Assembly: GCA_040901765.1 (NCBI GenBank)
Contig: JBBDYG010000071.1
Span: forward strand, 44,645-108,644
Reading direction: 5' to 3'
From: Pirellulales bacterium
Lineage (GTDB): Bacteria; Planctomycetota; Planctomycetia; Pirellulales; Lacipirellulaceae
Length of the DNA: 64,000 nucleotides
Shown piece after piece: positions 19,500 through 30,309 of the stretch; position 1 is the first letter of the stretch, and each line of letters starts with the position of its first letter. Under the pieces are notes generated by a model, which saw only the letters and a program-made list of their open reading frames with translations, ran no database searches and was not told where the DNA came from. Made by a program: the position numbers and the translations under genes.

Positions 19500-20489
19500 A
19501 TGCCCGACCTGCATAAAGCCGCGGTGCTGCTGATGAGCCTACCGGAGGATGAGGCGGCGGCGGTGCTGTCGAAGTTGGAACCGAAGCAGGTCGAGCAGGT
19601 TTCGATCGAAATCGCCCGCACCGTCCGCGTCACGAGCGAAGAGCAGGAACAGGTGATTCGCGAATTTGCCGAATCGAACCCGGCCAGCGGCGCCAATGGG
19701 GGCGGGCTTGAACTTGCCAGAACGCTCGTCAAGAAAGCTCTCGGCGGCAGCGCCAACAGCACGCTCGACAACATTCGCCAATCGATCGAGGCGATTCCGT
19801 TCGGCTTTCTACGGCACGTTGACAGCCAGAATATTCTTACCTACCTAATTGACGAACACCCGCAAACGATCGCGTTGATTCTGTCGCACTTGCCGCCGAC
19901 CTTCGGCGCGGAGGTGCTCGCCGGACTTCCCCAGGAACGGCAGCTTGCGGTCGTACAGCGCATGGCACGCATGGGACAGACGAACCCCGAAATCATCCGC
20001 GAAGTAGAGCGAGGGCTCGAACGGCGAATGTCGAGCGTGATGTCGCAAAGCTTCCAAGCCGCTGGCGGCGTGGACGCAGTGGCGGCCATGCTCAATGTTT
20101 CCGATCGCGGTACCGAACGGGCGATTCTCGAAAGCCTAGCTGTGGAACATGCGGAACTGGTCGAAGAGATTCGCCGACTGATGTTTGTCTTTGAAGACAT
20201 CAGCAAATTCGGCGATAAGGACGTTCAAACCATTCTTAAAAACGTCGACAACCAGCAATGGGCAATGGCTCTCAAAGGCGCTAGCACCGAACTTAAGGAG
20301 CGAATCCTCAGCAACATGTCGCAGCGCGCGGCCGACATGCTCAAGGAAGAAATGGAGTATCTCGGCGCGGTGAAGCGCTCGGCCGTCGAGGCTCAGCAGC
20401 AAAAACTCGTCGACGTGATCCGCGCCCTGCAAGAGTCCGGTGAAATCGAAATGGCCACCGGCGACGAGCAAGAGCAACTCGTGCAGTAA
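19500..20489 (+). CDS. fliG: flagellar motor switch protein FliG
   Basis: N-terminal AAVLLMSL..EAA..LSKL and C-terminal MFVFEDI...DVQ.ILKNVD..QWAMALKGAS..LKERIL.NMSQRAA..LKEEME blocks. Confidence 0.85.
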   Translation: MPDLHKAAVLLMSLPEDEAAAVLSKLEPKQVEQVSIEIARTVRVTSEEQEQVIREFAESNPASGANGGGLELARTLVKKALGGSANSTLDNIRQSIEAIPFGFLRHVDSQNILTYLIDEHPQTIALILSHLPPTFGAEVLAGLPQERQLAVVQRMARMGQTNPEIIREVERGLERRMSSVMSQSFQAAGGVDAVAAMLNVSDRGTERAILESLAVEHAELVEEIRRLMFVFEDISKFGDKDVQTILKNVDNQQWAMALKGASTELKERILSNMSQRAADMLKEEMEYLGAVKRSAVEAQQQKLVDVIRALQESGEIEMATGDEQEQLVQ

Positions 20490-20492
20490 ATA

Positions 20493-20538
20493 GCCCGGCC
20501 ATTCTGGCCGGCGTTACGCCGACCCAGGATGGGTCGGC
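20493..20538 (+). terminator. two tandem GC hairpins after fliG (putative terminator)
   Basis: ccggcc attct ggccgg, then gccgaccc aggat gggtcggc (8-bp stem). Only a short TATAT follows. Confidence 0.35.
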
Positions 20539-20609
20539 TATATGGCCAGCTTTCGCGCGTCTTGTCCATCGGCTAGCATAGCGTTGCACCCTAGCGGAGC
20601 CGCGCGCCG

Positions 20610-23327
20610 ATGTCTCTCAGCCCGATGATGCAGCAGTATCACGACGCCAAACAGGCGGTCGGCGATGCGCTCTTGCTGTTTCGGATGGGCGACTTCTACG
20701 AACTATTTCACGAAGACGCCAAGACTGCGGCGCGAGTCTTGGGCCTGTCACTTACCAGTCGCGACAAGGGCGAGAACCCGATCCCGATGGCGGGGTTTCC
20801 CCATCACCAGCTCGATCAGTACCTGGCGAAGATCATCCGCTCTGGGCACCGCGCCGCGATCTGCGAACAGCTCGAAGACCCCAAGCAAGCCAAGGGCATC
20901 GTCAAGCGCGACGTGACTCGGATCGTAAGCTCAGGCACGCTCACGGACGATTCGCTGCTCGACCCGCGAGCGAGCAACTATCTGGCGGCCGTTTGCACGC
21001 GACCCAAGCACCCGGATCGCGTCGGCGTGGCGTGGGTCGAGCTTTCGACGGGAAGGTTCTCGGCGGCGCAGTTCTCGCGCGGCCAGCTCGCCGATGAACT
21101 CGCGCGGATTGCTCCCAGCGAATGTCTCGTGGCCGAAGGGCTGGGCGAACTGGTGCTGGCCGATTGCCCCGAGCGGATGGCAATCACCACCCGGCCCGCG
21201 TGGTCGTTCGGTCGGCAGGCGGCGCTTGACGTGTTGGGCCGGCAATTCGGTTCGCATGCGCTCGAAGGATTCGGCTTCACGGTTCACGCGGAAGACGATC
21301 CGCTCGACTTGGCCGCTGCGGGGGCGATTCTTGAATATCTTATCGAAACGCAAAAGTCATCGCTCGAGCACATCGAACGACTCCTGCCCTATGCACCGGA
21401 AGAAACGCTGCAGATCGACAGCGCCACGTGGCGCAGCCTGGAAATCACGCAAACCTTGCGAGATGGACGCCGCGAGACGGCGCTGCTGGGCGTAATCGAC
21501 CGCACGGTGACCGGCATGGGCGCGCGGCTGCTCGCCGATTGGCTCTGCCATCCGCTGACCGACGTGGCGGCGATCGACGCCCGGCTCGACGCAGTCGGCG
21601 AACTGGTGCAGCATACTCCGACAACAACGGCGATACGACAGGAACTCACGGGCATCTACGATTTAGAGCGGCTACTCGCACGCGTCACCACGGGCCGAGC
21701 CAGTCCGCGCGATCTGTCATTCGTAGGCAGGACGCTCGCCGTACTACCGAAGATCAAGGCCAAACTCACCGGCCGCGCAAGCCCGAAGCTGGTGGACCTT
21801 GAAGGGCGGATCGACCTGTGCGGCGAAGTCCGCGGCCGGCTGGAACAGGCACTCGTCGAAAACTGCCCGCTTAACACGCGCGATGGCGGGTTCATTCGCG
21901 CCGGCTTCCATCCGCCGCTCGATGAACTTCGTGAACTGATGGTGGGCGGCAAACAGTGGATGGCCCGCTATCAAGCGGCCGAATGCGAGCGAACCGGCAT
22001 CGGCTCGATGAAGGTCGGATTCAACTCGGTGTTCGGCTATTACCTGGAAGTCACGCATACTCATCGCGATAAGGTGCCGCCCGAATACATCCGCAAGCAA
22101 ACGCTCAAGAACGCCGAGCGATACGTCACGCCGGAACTCAAAGAGTACGAGGAGAAAGTTCTGTCGGCCGAGGAACGCGCAAAGCAACTCGAGTTGAGAT
22201 TATTCACCGAGTTGCGCGATCTAGTGGCATCCGCGTCGAAGCGGATATTGAGCACCGCGGCAGCACTGGCGGAACTGGATGTGCTCACAGGCCTCGCCGA
22301 CCTCGCTACGTCGCGCAACTACATTCGGCCCACAGTCGTCGCCGAGCCGGTTCTGGAAATCGAAGAAGGCCGCCACCCCGTGCTCGACGCACTCGAAGCG
22401 GCCGGAACATTCGTCCCGAACGACTGTCGCTGCGCGGGAGGGGCTAGGGATGGGGAGCTGGGGGCTGGGGAAGAAAAAGTGCCAAATTGCCAAACGTCGC
22501 TCCCCAGCCCCCAGCCCCCAGCCCCCAGCCCCTCGCTCCTCTTAATTACCGGTCCCAACATGGCCGGCAAGAGCACTTACATCCGCCAGACGGCGCTGCT
22601 CGTGCTGCTCGCGCAGATTGGCAGCTTCGTTCCCGCGCGGCGAGCAATCATTGGCGTCGCCGATCGGCTGTTTGCCCGCGTCGGCGCGAGCGACGAACTT
22701 TCCCGTGGCCAAAGCACGTTCATGGTCGAGATGACCGAAACGGCTCGAATTCTCAACACGGCAACCCACCGCAGCGTCGTGATCCTCGACGAAATCGGCC
22801 GCGGCACGAGCACCTACGATGGCCTGTCGCTGGCGTGGAGCATCGTCGAATACTTGCACGACCGCATCGGCTGCCGCGCGCTGTTTGCGACGCACTATCA
22901 CGAACTTACCGACTTGGCGGGCGAACTACCCGGAGTGGCCAACCTCAACGTCGCCGTGGAAGAACACGCGGGGAAGGTCGTGTTCCTGCATCGCATCGTG
23001 CCGGGCGCTGCCGATAAGAGCTACGGCATCCACGTCGCGGAACTAGCCGGCGTGCCGCGGGAGGTGAACCGCCGCGCTGCGGAGATTCTCGCACAGCTTG
23101 AAGCGCAGCACCACGGACGGCAAGACCATGTCGCACGTGGTGCGACGGCTTCAGCCGCGACACCACGTGTCGCACGAAACGGTCACGCGCTGCAGCTTAC
23201 GCTGTTTGAGCAAACCAACCACCCGCTGCTGGAGGAAATCCGCACGGTGGATGTGAACCAGTTGACGCCGATGGAGGCACTGATGCGGTTGCAGGCGTGG
23301 CAAGAAAAGCTAACGGAATCGCCGTGA
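20610..23327 (+). CDS. mutS: DNA mismatch repair protein MutS (carries two in-frame hairpin-forming insertions)
   Basis: N-terminal MSLSPMMQQYHDAKQ...FRMGDFYELF and Walker A GPNMAGKST are present. At 905 aa it is about 40-50 aa longer than typical MutS. The extra length is at 22452-22531 and 23130-23173. Confidence 0.9.
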   Translation: MSLSPMMQQYHDAKQAVGDALLLFRMGDFYELFHEDAKTAARVLGLSLTSRDKGENPIPMAGFPHHQLDQYLAKIIRSGHRAAICEQLEDPKQAKGIVKRDVTRIVSSGTLTDDSLLDPRASNYLAAVCTRPKHPDRVGVAWVELSTGRFSAAQFSRGQLADELARIAPSECLVAEGLGELVLADCPERMAITTRPAWSFGRQAALDVLGRQFGSHALEGFGFTVHAEDDPLDLAAAGAILEYLIETQKSSLEHIERLLPYAPEETLQIDSATWRSLEITQTLRDGRRETALLGVIDRTVTGMGARLLADWLCHPLTDVAAIDARLDAVGELVQHTPTTTAIRQELTGIYDLERLLARVTTGRASPRDLSFVGRTLAVLPKIKAKLTGRASPKLVDLEGRIDLCGEVRGRLEQALVENCPLNTRDGGFIRAGFHPPLDELRELMVGGKQWMARYQAAECERTGIGSMKVGFNSVFGYYLEVTHTHRDKVPPEYIRKQTLKNAERYVTPELKEYEEKVLSAEERAKQLELRLFTELRDLVASASKRILSTAAALAELDVLTGLADLATSRNYIRPTVVAEPVLEIEEGRHPVLDALEAAGTFVPNDCRCAGGARDGELGAGEEKVPNCQTSLPSPQPPAPSPSLLLITGPNMAGKSTYIRQTALLVLLAQIGSFVPARRAIIGVADRLFARVGASDELSRGQSTFMVEMTETARILNTATHRSVVILDEIGRGTSTYDGLSLAWSIVEYLHDRIGCRALFATHYHELTDLAGELPGVANLNVAVEEHAGKVVFLHRIVPGAADKSYGIHVAELAGVPREVNRRAAEILAQLEAQHHGRQDHVARGATASAATPRVARNGHALQLTLFEQTNHPLLEEIRTVDVNQLTPMEALMRLQAWQEKLTESP
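22452..22531. repeat. inverted repeat (19-bp arms) with AT-richer loop inside mutS, translated in frame
   Basis: ggggagctgggggctgggg ...aagaaaaagtgccaaattgccaaacgtcgc... ccccagcccccagccccc. Encodes GARDGELGAGEEKVPNCQTSLPSPQPPAPSPS immediately before LLITGPNMAGKST. Confidence 0.6.
23130..23173. repeat. REP-like hairpin pair inside mutS 3' region (in frame)
   Basis: GTCGCAC-gtg-GTGCGAC ggcttcagcc GCGACAC-cac-GTGTCGC. Encodes HVARGATASAATPRVAR in the linker before the C-terminal tail. Confidence 0.6.
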
Positions 23328-23358
23328 CTGTCGCGATGCACCCGATGCTATAATCAAT

Positions 23359-23613
23359 ATGGGCAAGTACGACAAACTCTTTCGCAAAATCACTAGCGGT
23401 CATTCCGATGCGAACATCGCATTTGACGAGTTGCGAAAGCTGTTATTACGTTTGAATTTTTACGAGCGGACCGAGGGAAGTCATCACATATTCACACGGG
23501 ATGACATCGAAGAGTTGATCAATCTTCAGCGTGATGGCGCAAAGGCTAAACCTTACCAGGTGCGGCAAGTTCGCGACGTCATCACTCAAAACAATCTCAG
23601 TTTGGAGCCGTAA
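23359..23613 (+). CDS. hicA: HicA-family toxin (YcfA-like mRNA interferase)
   Basis: RTEGSHHIFTRDD and N-terminal KLFRKITSGHSD...LRKLL pattern. 1-nt TAATG overlap with hicB. Confidence 0.65.
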   Translation: MGKYDKLFRKITSGHSDANIAFDELRKLLLRLNFYERTEGSHHIFTRDDIEELINLQRDGAKAKPYQVRQVRDVITQNNLSLEP

Positions 23614-23825
23614 TGCATAAGTACGAAATCATCATTTATTGGAGCGAGATTGACGACGCGTTCCTTGCGGAAGTACCGGAACTTCCCGGCTGCATGGCCC
23701 ATGGTAATTCGCAGAAGACCGCGCTGGAGTCCGTTCAACAGGCGATCGATCTTTGGTTGCAGACCGCGGGAGAGCTTGGGCGATCGATTCCCGAACCGAA
23801 GGGCCGGCGTTTGATGCTCGCGTAG
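23613..23825 (+). CDS. hicB: HicB-family antitoxin (UPF0150)
   Basis: YEIIIYWSEIDDAFLAEVPELPGCMAHGNSQKTALESVQQAIDLWL matches the HicB N-terminal domain pattern. Confidence 0.65.
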   Translation: MHKYEIIIYWSEIDDAFLAEVPELPGCMAHGNSQKTALESVQQAIDLWLQTAGELGRSIPEPKGRRLMLA

Positions 23826-23830
23826 ACCGC

Positions 23831-24418
23831 TCACTGCCCAACCAGCACCTCTACCGCTTGTTTCAGTTCCCGTCTCGTCGAGTGCGAATACTCGAGATCG
23901 AACCAGACGATCTTTCCCGCGACATCGAGCACGTACACCCGTGGCAGCTTTTCGCTGCCAATTTGCGCAAAGGCTTGGCCTTCGGGGTCGAGCAGCGTCG
24001 TCAGCTTCGACTCGGATTGGTCGAGCGTTGACTGCGTGATGTCCGCCGGTTGGTTCACGGCGATTGTCACCACTTCCACGCCCTGCTTGCGATACGGCTC
24101 GGCAATGTCCGGCCCGAGGTCGCGCAGCGCCGCGCGGGTCATCCAACCGTTGCCGTGCCAAAAGAAGACCACCGACACCGGTTTTCCGTAAAGTTCCGGG
24201 AGCGACTGCGCCGCGCCGGTCACGCTGGTTAATTCAAGTGCTGGGAATGCTGCGCCCAGTTTCACGACGCAATGTGCCGCGTGTTGCTTGCTGAGCACCA
24301 CGGTCGGAATTCGTGGCGCGGCCGCAGTGGCTGGAGGCGTCGTTTGCGCGATCGCTGGCACGCTCGCAGCCAAGATCGCAAACATCGCCGATGTAGATAA
24401 TCGTAGAACATTCAACAT
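23831..24418 (-). CDS. secreted thioredoxin-fold (redoxin/TlpA-like) protein lacking CxxC
   Basis: Signal peptide from the internal ATG at 24418 with an AAGGTGGAG RBS. VVFFWHGNGWMTRAAL stands where WCxxC would be. VEVVTIAVNQ block. Confidence 0.55.
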   Translation of the reverse strand: MLNVLRLSTSAMFAILAASVPAIAQTTPPATAAAPRIPTVVLSKQHAAHCVVKLGAAFPALELTSVTGAAQSLPELYGKPVSVVFFWHGNGWMTRAALRDLGPDIAEPYRKQGVEVVTIAVNQPADITQSTLDQSESKLTTLLDPEGQAFAQIGSEKLPRVYVLDVAGKIVWFDLEYSHSTRRELKQAVEVLVGQ

Positions 24419-24540
24419 CGAACTAGACTCCACCTTTTCAATTGACCACGGATTGCGCGGATTGCACTGATAGTAGAAAGTCGCGACTAGCAAGTTTTCC
24501 TTATCCGTGCCATCAGTGTAATCCGTGGTTCGTTTCTGAT

Positions 24541-26313
<1,773 letters not shown>

Positions 26314-26488
26314 GCGGTTCCTCAGAAATCGGACCGGGCAAATTCGCCCGAAAGCAAAGCTGCGATTGTAGTTGCCGTAGGTCAGCCTTTCTAGGCTGAC
26401 TTGGCAGGGCGGACGCTCGTGTCCGTCCAGAAGCAGGCAGTAGGCAGAGGGCAGCCGGCAGGGAGAAATTCGGATGGACAGCGGCGAA

Positions 26489-26845
26489 TCAGACATTTTG
26501 GCGGCGAATCCGAATCCGGCCGCGAGTAATCGTCACAATTACCGGGCCGGTCAATTCATGCGGGTAATTCGCAAGCAACTCGCCAATCGCTGAAACTTGC
26601 TCATCGACGGAAAGTTCGACCACCCGAACCAATGGCCCATGCGGAAGTTTCTGAACAAACACCAGTTCCCCGAAATCCTTGTCTTCGGTGATCAGCACAC
26701 GATCATCGCCCAGAGCAACATCCATGAGTAGTTCGTCAGTGGCGCGCGGATTGATTGAGAATGCCGATAGAACGTCATGGCCCTGCGCCACAAGAAAATC
26801 AGTGAGCAATTGCGACGAGACGCAGACATCGAGCAAAAATTTCAT
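26489..26845 (-). CDS. DUF5615 (PIN-like) toxin candidate
   Basis: MKFLLDVCVS...GHDV...LITEDKDFGEL pattern. 4-nt overlap with the upstream DUF433 gene. Confidence 0.6.
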   Translation of the reverse strand: MKFLLDVCVSSQLLTDFLVAQGHDVLSAFSINPRATDELLMDVALGDDRVLITEDKDFGELVFVQKLPHGPLVRVVELSVDEQVSAIGELLANYPHELTGPVIVTITRGRIRIRRQNV

Positions 26846-27117
26846 GATGCCTGAGCTATTACGAGCCGTTCATACACCTGCTCGCCGGCAAGCGATCGAT
26901 GCGCATAGGCAAGGCAAGCTTGAATGTCCGCCGGCTCCAAGAACGGATATTCAACCAACAATCTCTCAGGCGTATCTCCTGCTGCCAGCTTGGCAAGCAC
27001 ATGCTCGACCGCAATCCGCAAGCCACGGATAATCGGCTTGCCACCAAAGATGCCGGGATTCACAGTGATACGCTGGAGTAATTCGCCTTCGGCCGGATGC
27101 TGGTCGGTTTTAGTCAT
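26842..27117 (-). CDS. DUF433 antitoxin-like protein
   Basis: ITVNPGIFGGKPIIRGLRIAVEHVLAKLAAG DUF433 core. Start at the internal ATG (MTKTDQ). Confidence 0.6.
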   Translation of the reverse strand: MTKTDQHPAEGELLQRITVNPGIFGGKPIIRGLRIAVEHVLAKLAAGDTPERLLVEYPFLEPADIQACLAYAHRSLAGEQVYERLVIAQAS

Positions 27118-27208
27118 GATCGGTACTCCGTGCTTTTGTTTACCCAATTCTAGCTGAAGGTGGGGAGTAGAGTCAAAATCAAACTCGAGCTTCTTTGAAT
27201 TGTGTGGT

Positions 27209-28216
27209 CTACGCACGCAGCCACGCTCCCAGCCGCTCCATCCCCTCCGCGGTCGTAACCCGTGGCTGGTAGCCGAAGTCGCGCCGCGCAGCGGAGATGT
27301 CGAACCAATGGCTTGTGGACAGTTGCCGAGCGAGAAACCGCGTCATGCGCGGCTCGTCCGTCCGGCCTAATACTCGATATGCACCTTCCAAGACCGCGCC
27401 GATCGCATAGGCGGTTCGCGCGGAGATCGACTTTCGCACCGGCGGCAAATCGACTAACGCCAGAATCTGGTCGATCCACTGCCAGCAGTTGACGGGTTCG
27501 CCCTGGCTAATGAAATAGGCCTTGCCGGCGACGGGCGACGCTGGATCGGCGAGCGCGTCGGCCGCCTGCAAATGTGCTGCCGCGGCGTTTTCGACGTAGG
27601 TAATGTCCACCAGATTTGTGCCATTTCCGACGCGGCGTAACTTGCCGGTGCGGGCGCGTTGAATTAATCGCGGGATAAGATGCGTGTCGCGTGGGCCCCA
27701 AATTAGATGCGGACGCAAGGCACAGGATCGAGTTGGTCCGCCACGTAGATTAATCTGCAATGTAGCGAGTTCGGCAGTTCCCTTTGTATAGGAATACCAA
27801 GCATTCCGCACCATTTGCCACAAGGGAGCGTATTCCGCCGATTCGTCGATCCCATTCTGATCCAAGCCGGCGAAGACGACGCTGGGGCTGCTCGTGTAAA
27901 CAAGCCGTGGGACTTGATTGAAGCGGCAACCAAGTAATACCATTCGCGTGCCCGAGATATTTGGCAGCGAGTAGTCGGTGTATTCGCCACCAATACCCGC
28001 ACGAGCAGCCGTGTGAAACACGCAGTCGATGCCCTCACACGCAGCTACGATGGCGTTGCGATCGGTAATGTCGCCCCGGACGACCTCGACGCCGATCGCT
28101 TCCAGTTCGGGATAAGCACCTCGGCCGAAACTGCGCACAGTATCTCCGCGCGCAACGAGTTGCTCGACGATGTAACGTCCCAAGAAACCACCGCCACCAG
28201 TGACCAACGCGTGCAT
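27209..28216 (-). CDS. NAD-dependent epimerase/dehydratase family protein (3-beta-HSD/SDR-like reductase)
   Basis: MHALVTGGGGFLGRYIV Rossmann motif and a YxxxK-type SDR active-site region. Confidence 0.8.
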   Translation of the reverse strand: MHALVTGGGGFLGRYIVEQLVARGDTVRSFGRGAYPELEAIGVEVVRGDITDRNAIVAACEGIDCVFHTAARAGIGGEYTDYSLPNISGTRMVLLGCRFNQVPRLVYTSSPSVVFAGLDQNGIDESAEYAPLWQMVRNAWYSYTKGTAELATLQINLRGGPTRSCALRPHLIWGPRDTHLIPRLIQRARTGKLRRVGNGTNLVDITYVENAAAAHLQAADALADPASPVAGKAYFISQGEPVNCWQWIDQILALVDLPPVRKSISARTAYAIGAVLEGAYRVLGRTDEPRMTRFLARQLSTSHWFDISAARRDFGYQPRVTTAEGMERLGAWLRA

Positions 28217-28233
28217 GAATGAAAGTTCCGTTG

Positions 28234-28260
28234 AAGCCGTCGCACCACGTGCGACGGCTT
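28234..28260. repeat. REP-like hairpin, perfect 12-bp stem (AAGCCGTCGCAC-cac-GTGCGACGGCTT)
   Basis: Perfect palindrome overlapping the stop codon of the AMP-ligase gene. No U tract follows. Confidence 0.65.
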
Positions 28261-29962
28261 AGCGTTTGAGTCTCTCCGCTGCCCACTCCGCAAGCTGCTC
28301 GCGAAAAATCTTGGAGTTGTGCCGAATATCGACGGGTAGTTGCTCGTGGAGCAGGAAGTGATTGATGTGTTGGGTGTGGAAATGTTGCTTGGCAAGTGTG
28401 TGAAGGTCTTGCTCAATGGCGGGCCACTCCGCGGGGGTCGGCGGCGACCGTAGGTCGCCGGCTATTGGATCGCGTTCAAGTTCTACAATGACGACAGGCG
28501 TTTGCGCGCCGCGCTCGCCGATGCCGACCAGTGCCGTGCGTCGCACGTTGGCATGAGTGTTGAACACCGCCTCGACACATTCGGTGTAAAGCGGCCCCGC
28601 CGCGGTCTCCACTCTCTGCGACTGTCGCCCGCAATACCAAAACCGCTGCTGTTCGTCGAAGTAGCCAACATCACCCATTCGGTGCCAAATCGTGTCTCCG
28701 TCACGGTTTTTTGAGAGTACATTTGCCAATTCCAGTTTGACATACTCTAGCGACACCTGCGGCCCGCGAACGATCAACTCGCCGACTTCGCCAGCGGGCA
28801 GTTCTTCCGCATCGCCGATTGTTTTAATCGGCTCGTCGGTGATGCGAATAATTCGCCAGTCAATCATATCGAACTTCCGGCCGACGCAGACGCCGGAACC
28901 CGTCGCGGTTTTCGCGGCAGTTTCACTCAGCACTTCTTGCGCTTCGATCGTCGCCACGGGCAGGCTTTCAGTCGCGCCGTAGGGCGTGTGCATATGGGCC
29001 GTGGCGTGAACGCACGCGAGTGTCCGCTGTAGCACGCTCGCGGGTACCGGCGCGCCACAGGAAAACACCTCGCGTAGCGAATCGATTCTCTGGCCCGTCT
29101 GCTCGCAGTGCCGGCTGAGATTATCCCACACGGCGGGCGACGCGAACGCCTGCGTCACCTGCCAGTCGTGAGCGGCGGCGAGCAGCCGCTCGGGGTCGGC
29201 CGAAGCGGGCCGCGAGAAATCCATTTCGGGAAACACGGTCGTTACGCCGAGCGCCACGTTGAACAGCCCGAACAGTGGAAAACACGCCAAGTCCACTCCG
29301 CCAGGCTCGATGCCATACATCGCCGCGATCTCGCTCGCCTGCGTGGCGAATGTACGGTGGTGATAGAGCACACCCTTGGGCGGGCCGGTGCTGCCGCTCG
29401 TGAACACGATCGCCGCCGGGTCGTCGGCGTGCGTTTCGGGCAGCGCCGCTTCGCTCTCCGCGCCTAGCTCGCGAAGCTGCTCGAGCTTCAGCCCGCCCCA
29501 GAACCATCGCCGTCCGACGGTGACATTCCATTTCGCACCACGAAACCGCCGCGGCATCAGCGTCCGCAGCGCTTGCGCGGCAGAGATCGCCACAAACCCT
29601 TGTGGCTCCATGTCGGACAAACAGTGGAAGATGTTCTTTCGGCCAAGACCCGCATCGACAAGCACCATCACCGCGCCAGCGCGGAGCAGAGCGAACACGA
29701 GCGTTACGAACTCAATGCCCGGCCGCACGAGCATAGCCAGCCGCGTTCCGGGCGTGACGCCCCAGGCCACAAAACCGCGGGCGAGGGTGGTTGCATCGGC
29801 ATCAAGATCGGCATAGGTAATCGTCGCATAGCGGTTGCCCGAATGCTTTGTGAGCCGCTGATAGCCGTGCGACCACTTCGCCGGGCACGCCAGTGCAATC
29901 CGCCCAGGCATCCTATGGGCCATTTCGGCAAGGCGATCGGCTACATTCAGGCGGTCGGGCAT
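28259..29962 (-). CDS. AMP-dependent synthetase/ligase (fatty-acyl-AMP ligase-like)
   Basis: TSGSTGPPKG AMP-binding motif. Start moved to the internal ATG (MPDRLNV) because the track's N-terminal 48 aa merely translate the 7-mer repeat array. Confidence 0.75.
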   Translation of the reverse strand: MPDRLNVADRLAEMAHRMPGRIALACPAKWSHGYQRLTKHSGNRYATITYADLDADATTLARGFVAWGVTPGTRLAMLVRPGIEFVTLVFALLRAGAVMVLVDAGLGRKNIFHCLSDMEPQGFVAISAAQALRTLMPRRFRGAKWNVTVGRRWFWGGLKLEQLRELGAESEAALPETHADDPAAIVFTSGSTGPPKGVLYHHRTFATQASEIAAMYGIEPGGVDLACFPLFGLFNVALGVTTVFPEMDFSRPASADPERLLAAAHDWQVTQAFASPAVWDNLSRHCEQTGQRIDSLREVFSCGAPVPASVLQRTLACVHATAHMHTPYGATESLPVATIEAQEVLSETAAKTATGSGVCVGRKFDMIDWRIIRITDEPIKTIGDAEELPAGEVGELIVRGPQVSLEYVKLELANVLSKNRDGDTIWHRMGDVGYFDEQQRFWYCGRQSQRVETAAGPLYTECVEAVFNTHANVRRTALVGIGERGAQTPVVIVELERDPIAGDLRSPPTPAEWPAIEQDLHTLAKQHFHTQHINHFLLHEQLPVDIRHNSKIFREQLAEWAAERLKR

Positions 29963-29984
29963 GGTGGTATTGTGGGGAGGAAAA

Positions 29985-30090
29985 GGAAAAGCGGAAAGCC
30001 AAGCGATTTCGGAATGCGGATTTCGGATTGCGGATTGAATTGGGAGAATCCGCAATCCACAATCCGAAATCCGCAATTCTTTGACTCGGG
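29985..30090. repeat. palindromic 7-bp-period array (AATCCGC / GCGGATT units) upstream of AMP-ligase gene
   Basis: ggaatgcggatttcggattgcggattgaattgggagaatccgcaatccacaatccgaaatccgcaattc. About 5 units each side, in inverted orientation. Confidence 0.55.
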
Positions 30091-30309
30091 CCGCCGAACG
30101 TGCCATATTGCCGGGTAACCCAGGCGGTCGGCATAACCGGAATAAGTCGCGGCATTACCCGCTCGCCGGCTGGCTCGACGCCCGCCACCCTTGCGGTATC
30201 CTTCGGAGAGCGGATCGGCGGCAAGATTCGCCCGTCAGCGGCGAATTGCTCTCAACGAATTCCAAGCAACCGAGAGCGCGGGCCAAGAGGCCTAAAGGAG
30301 GACGAAGCC

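Noticed and set aside
22945-23175. Small ORFs 22945..23175(-) and 32832..33029(+) with HVVRR/HHVRHG-like peptides
   Set aside because: They are translations of the REP-like hairpin elements (palindromes read the same on both strands), not genes.
26314-26496. 60-aa N-terminal extension of AspS in the track and a possible T-box leader
   Set aside because: AspS homologs start at about MRTEYCGELR. A GTG with a GAGGA RBS fits at 26313. T-box leaders are not expected in this lineage and no specifier/T-box motif was seen.
29963-30106. Track N-terminal extension of the AMP-ligase (MARSAARVKELRISDCGLRILPIQSAIRNPHSEIAWLSAFPFPPHNTT) and ORF 29893..30084
   Set aside because: The peptide is simply the translation of the AATCCGC 7-mer array. 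The start was moved to the ATG at 29962.
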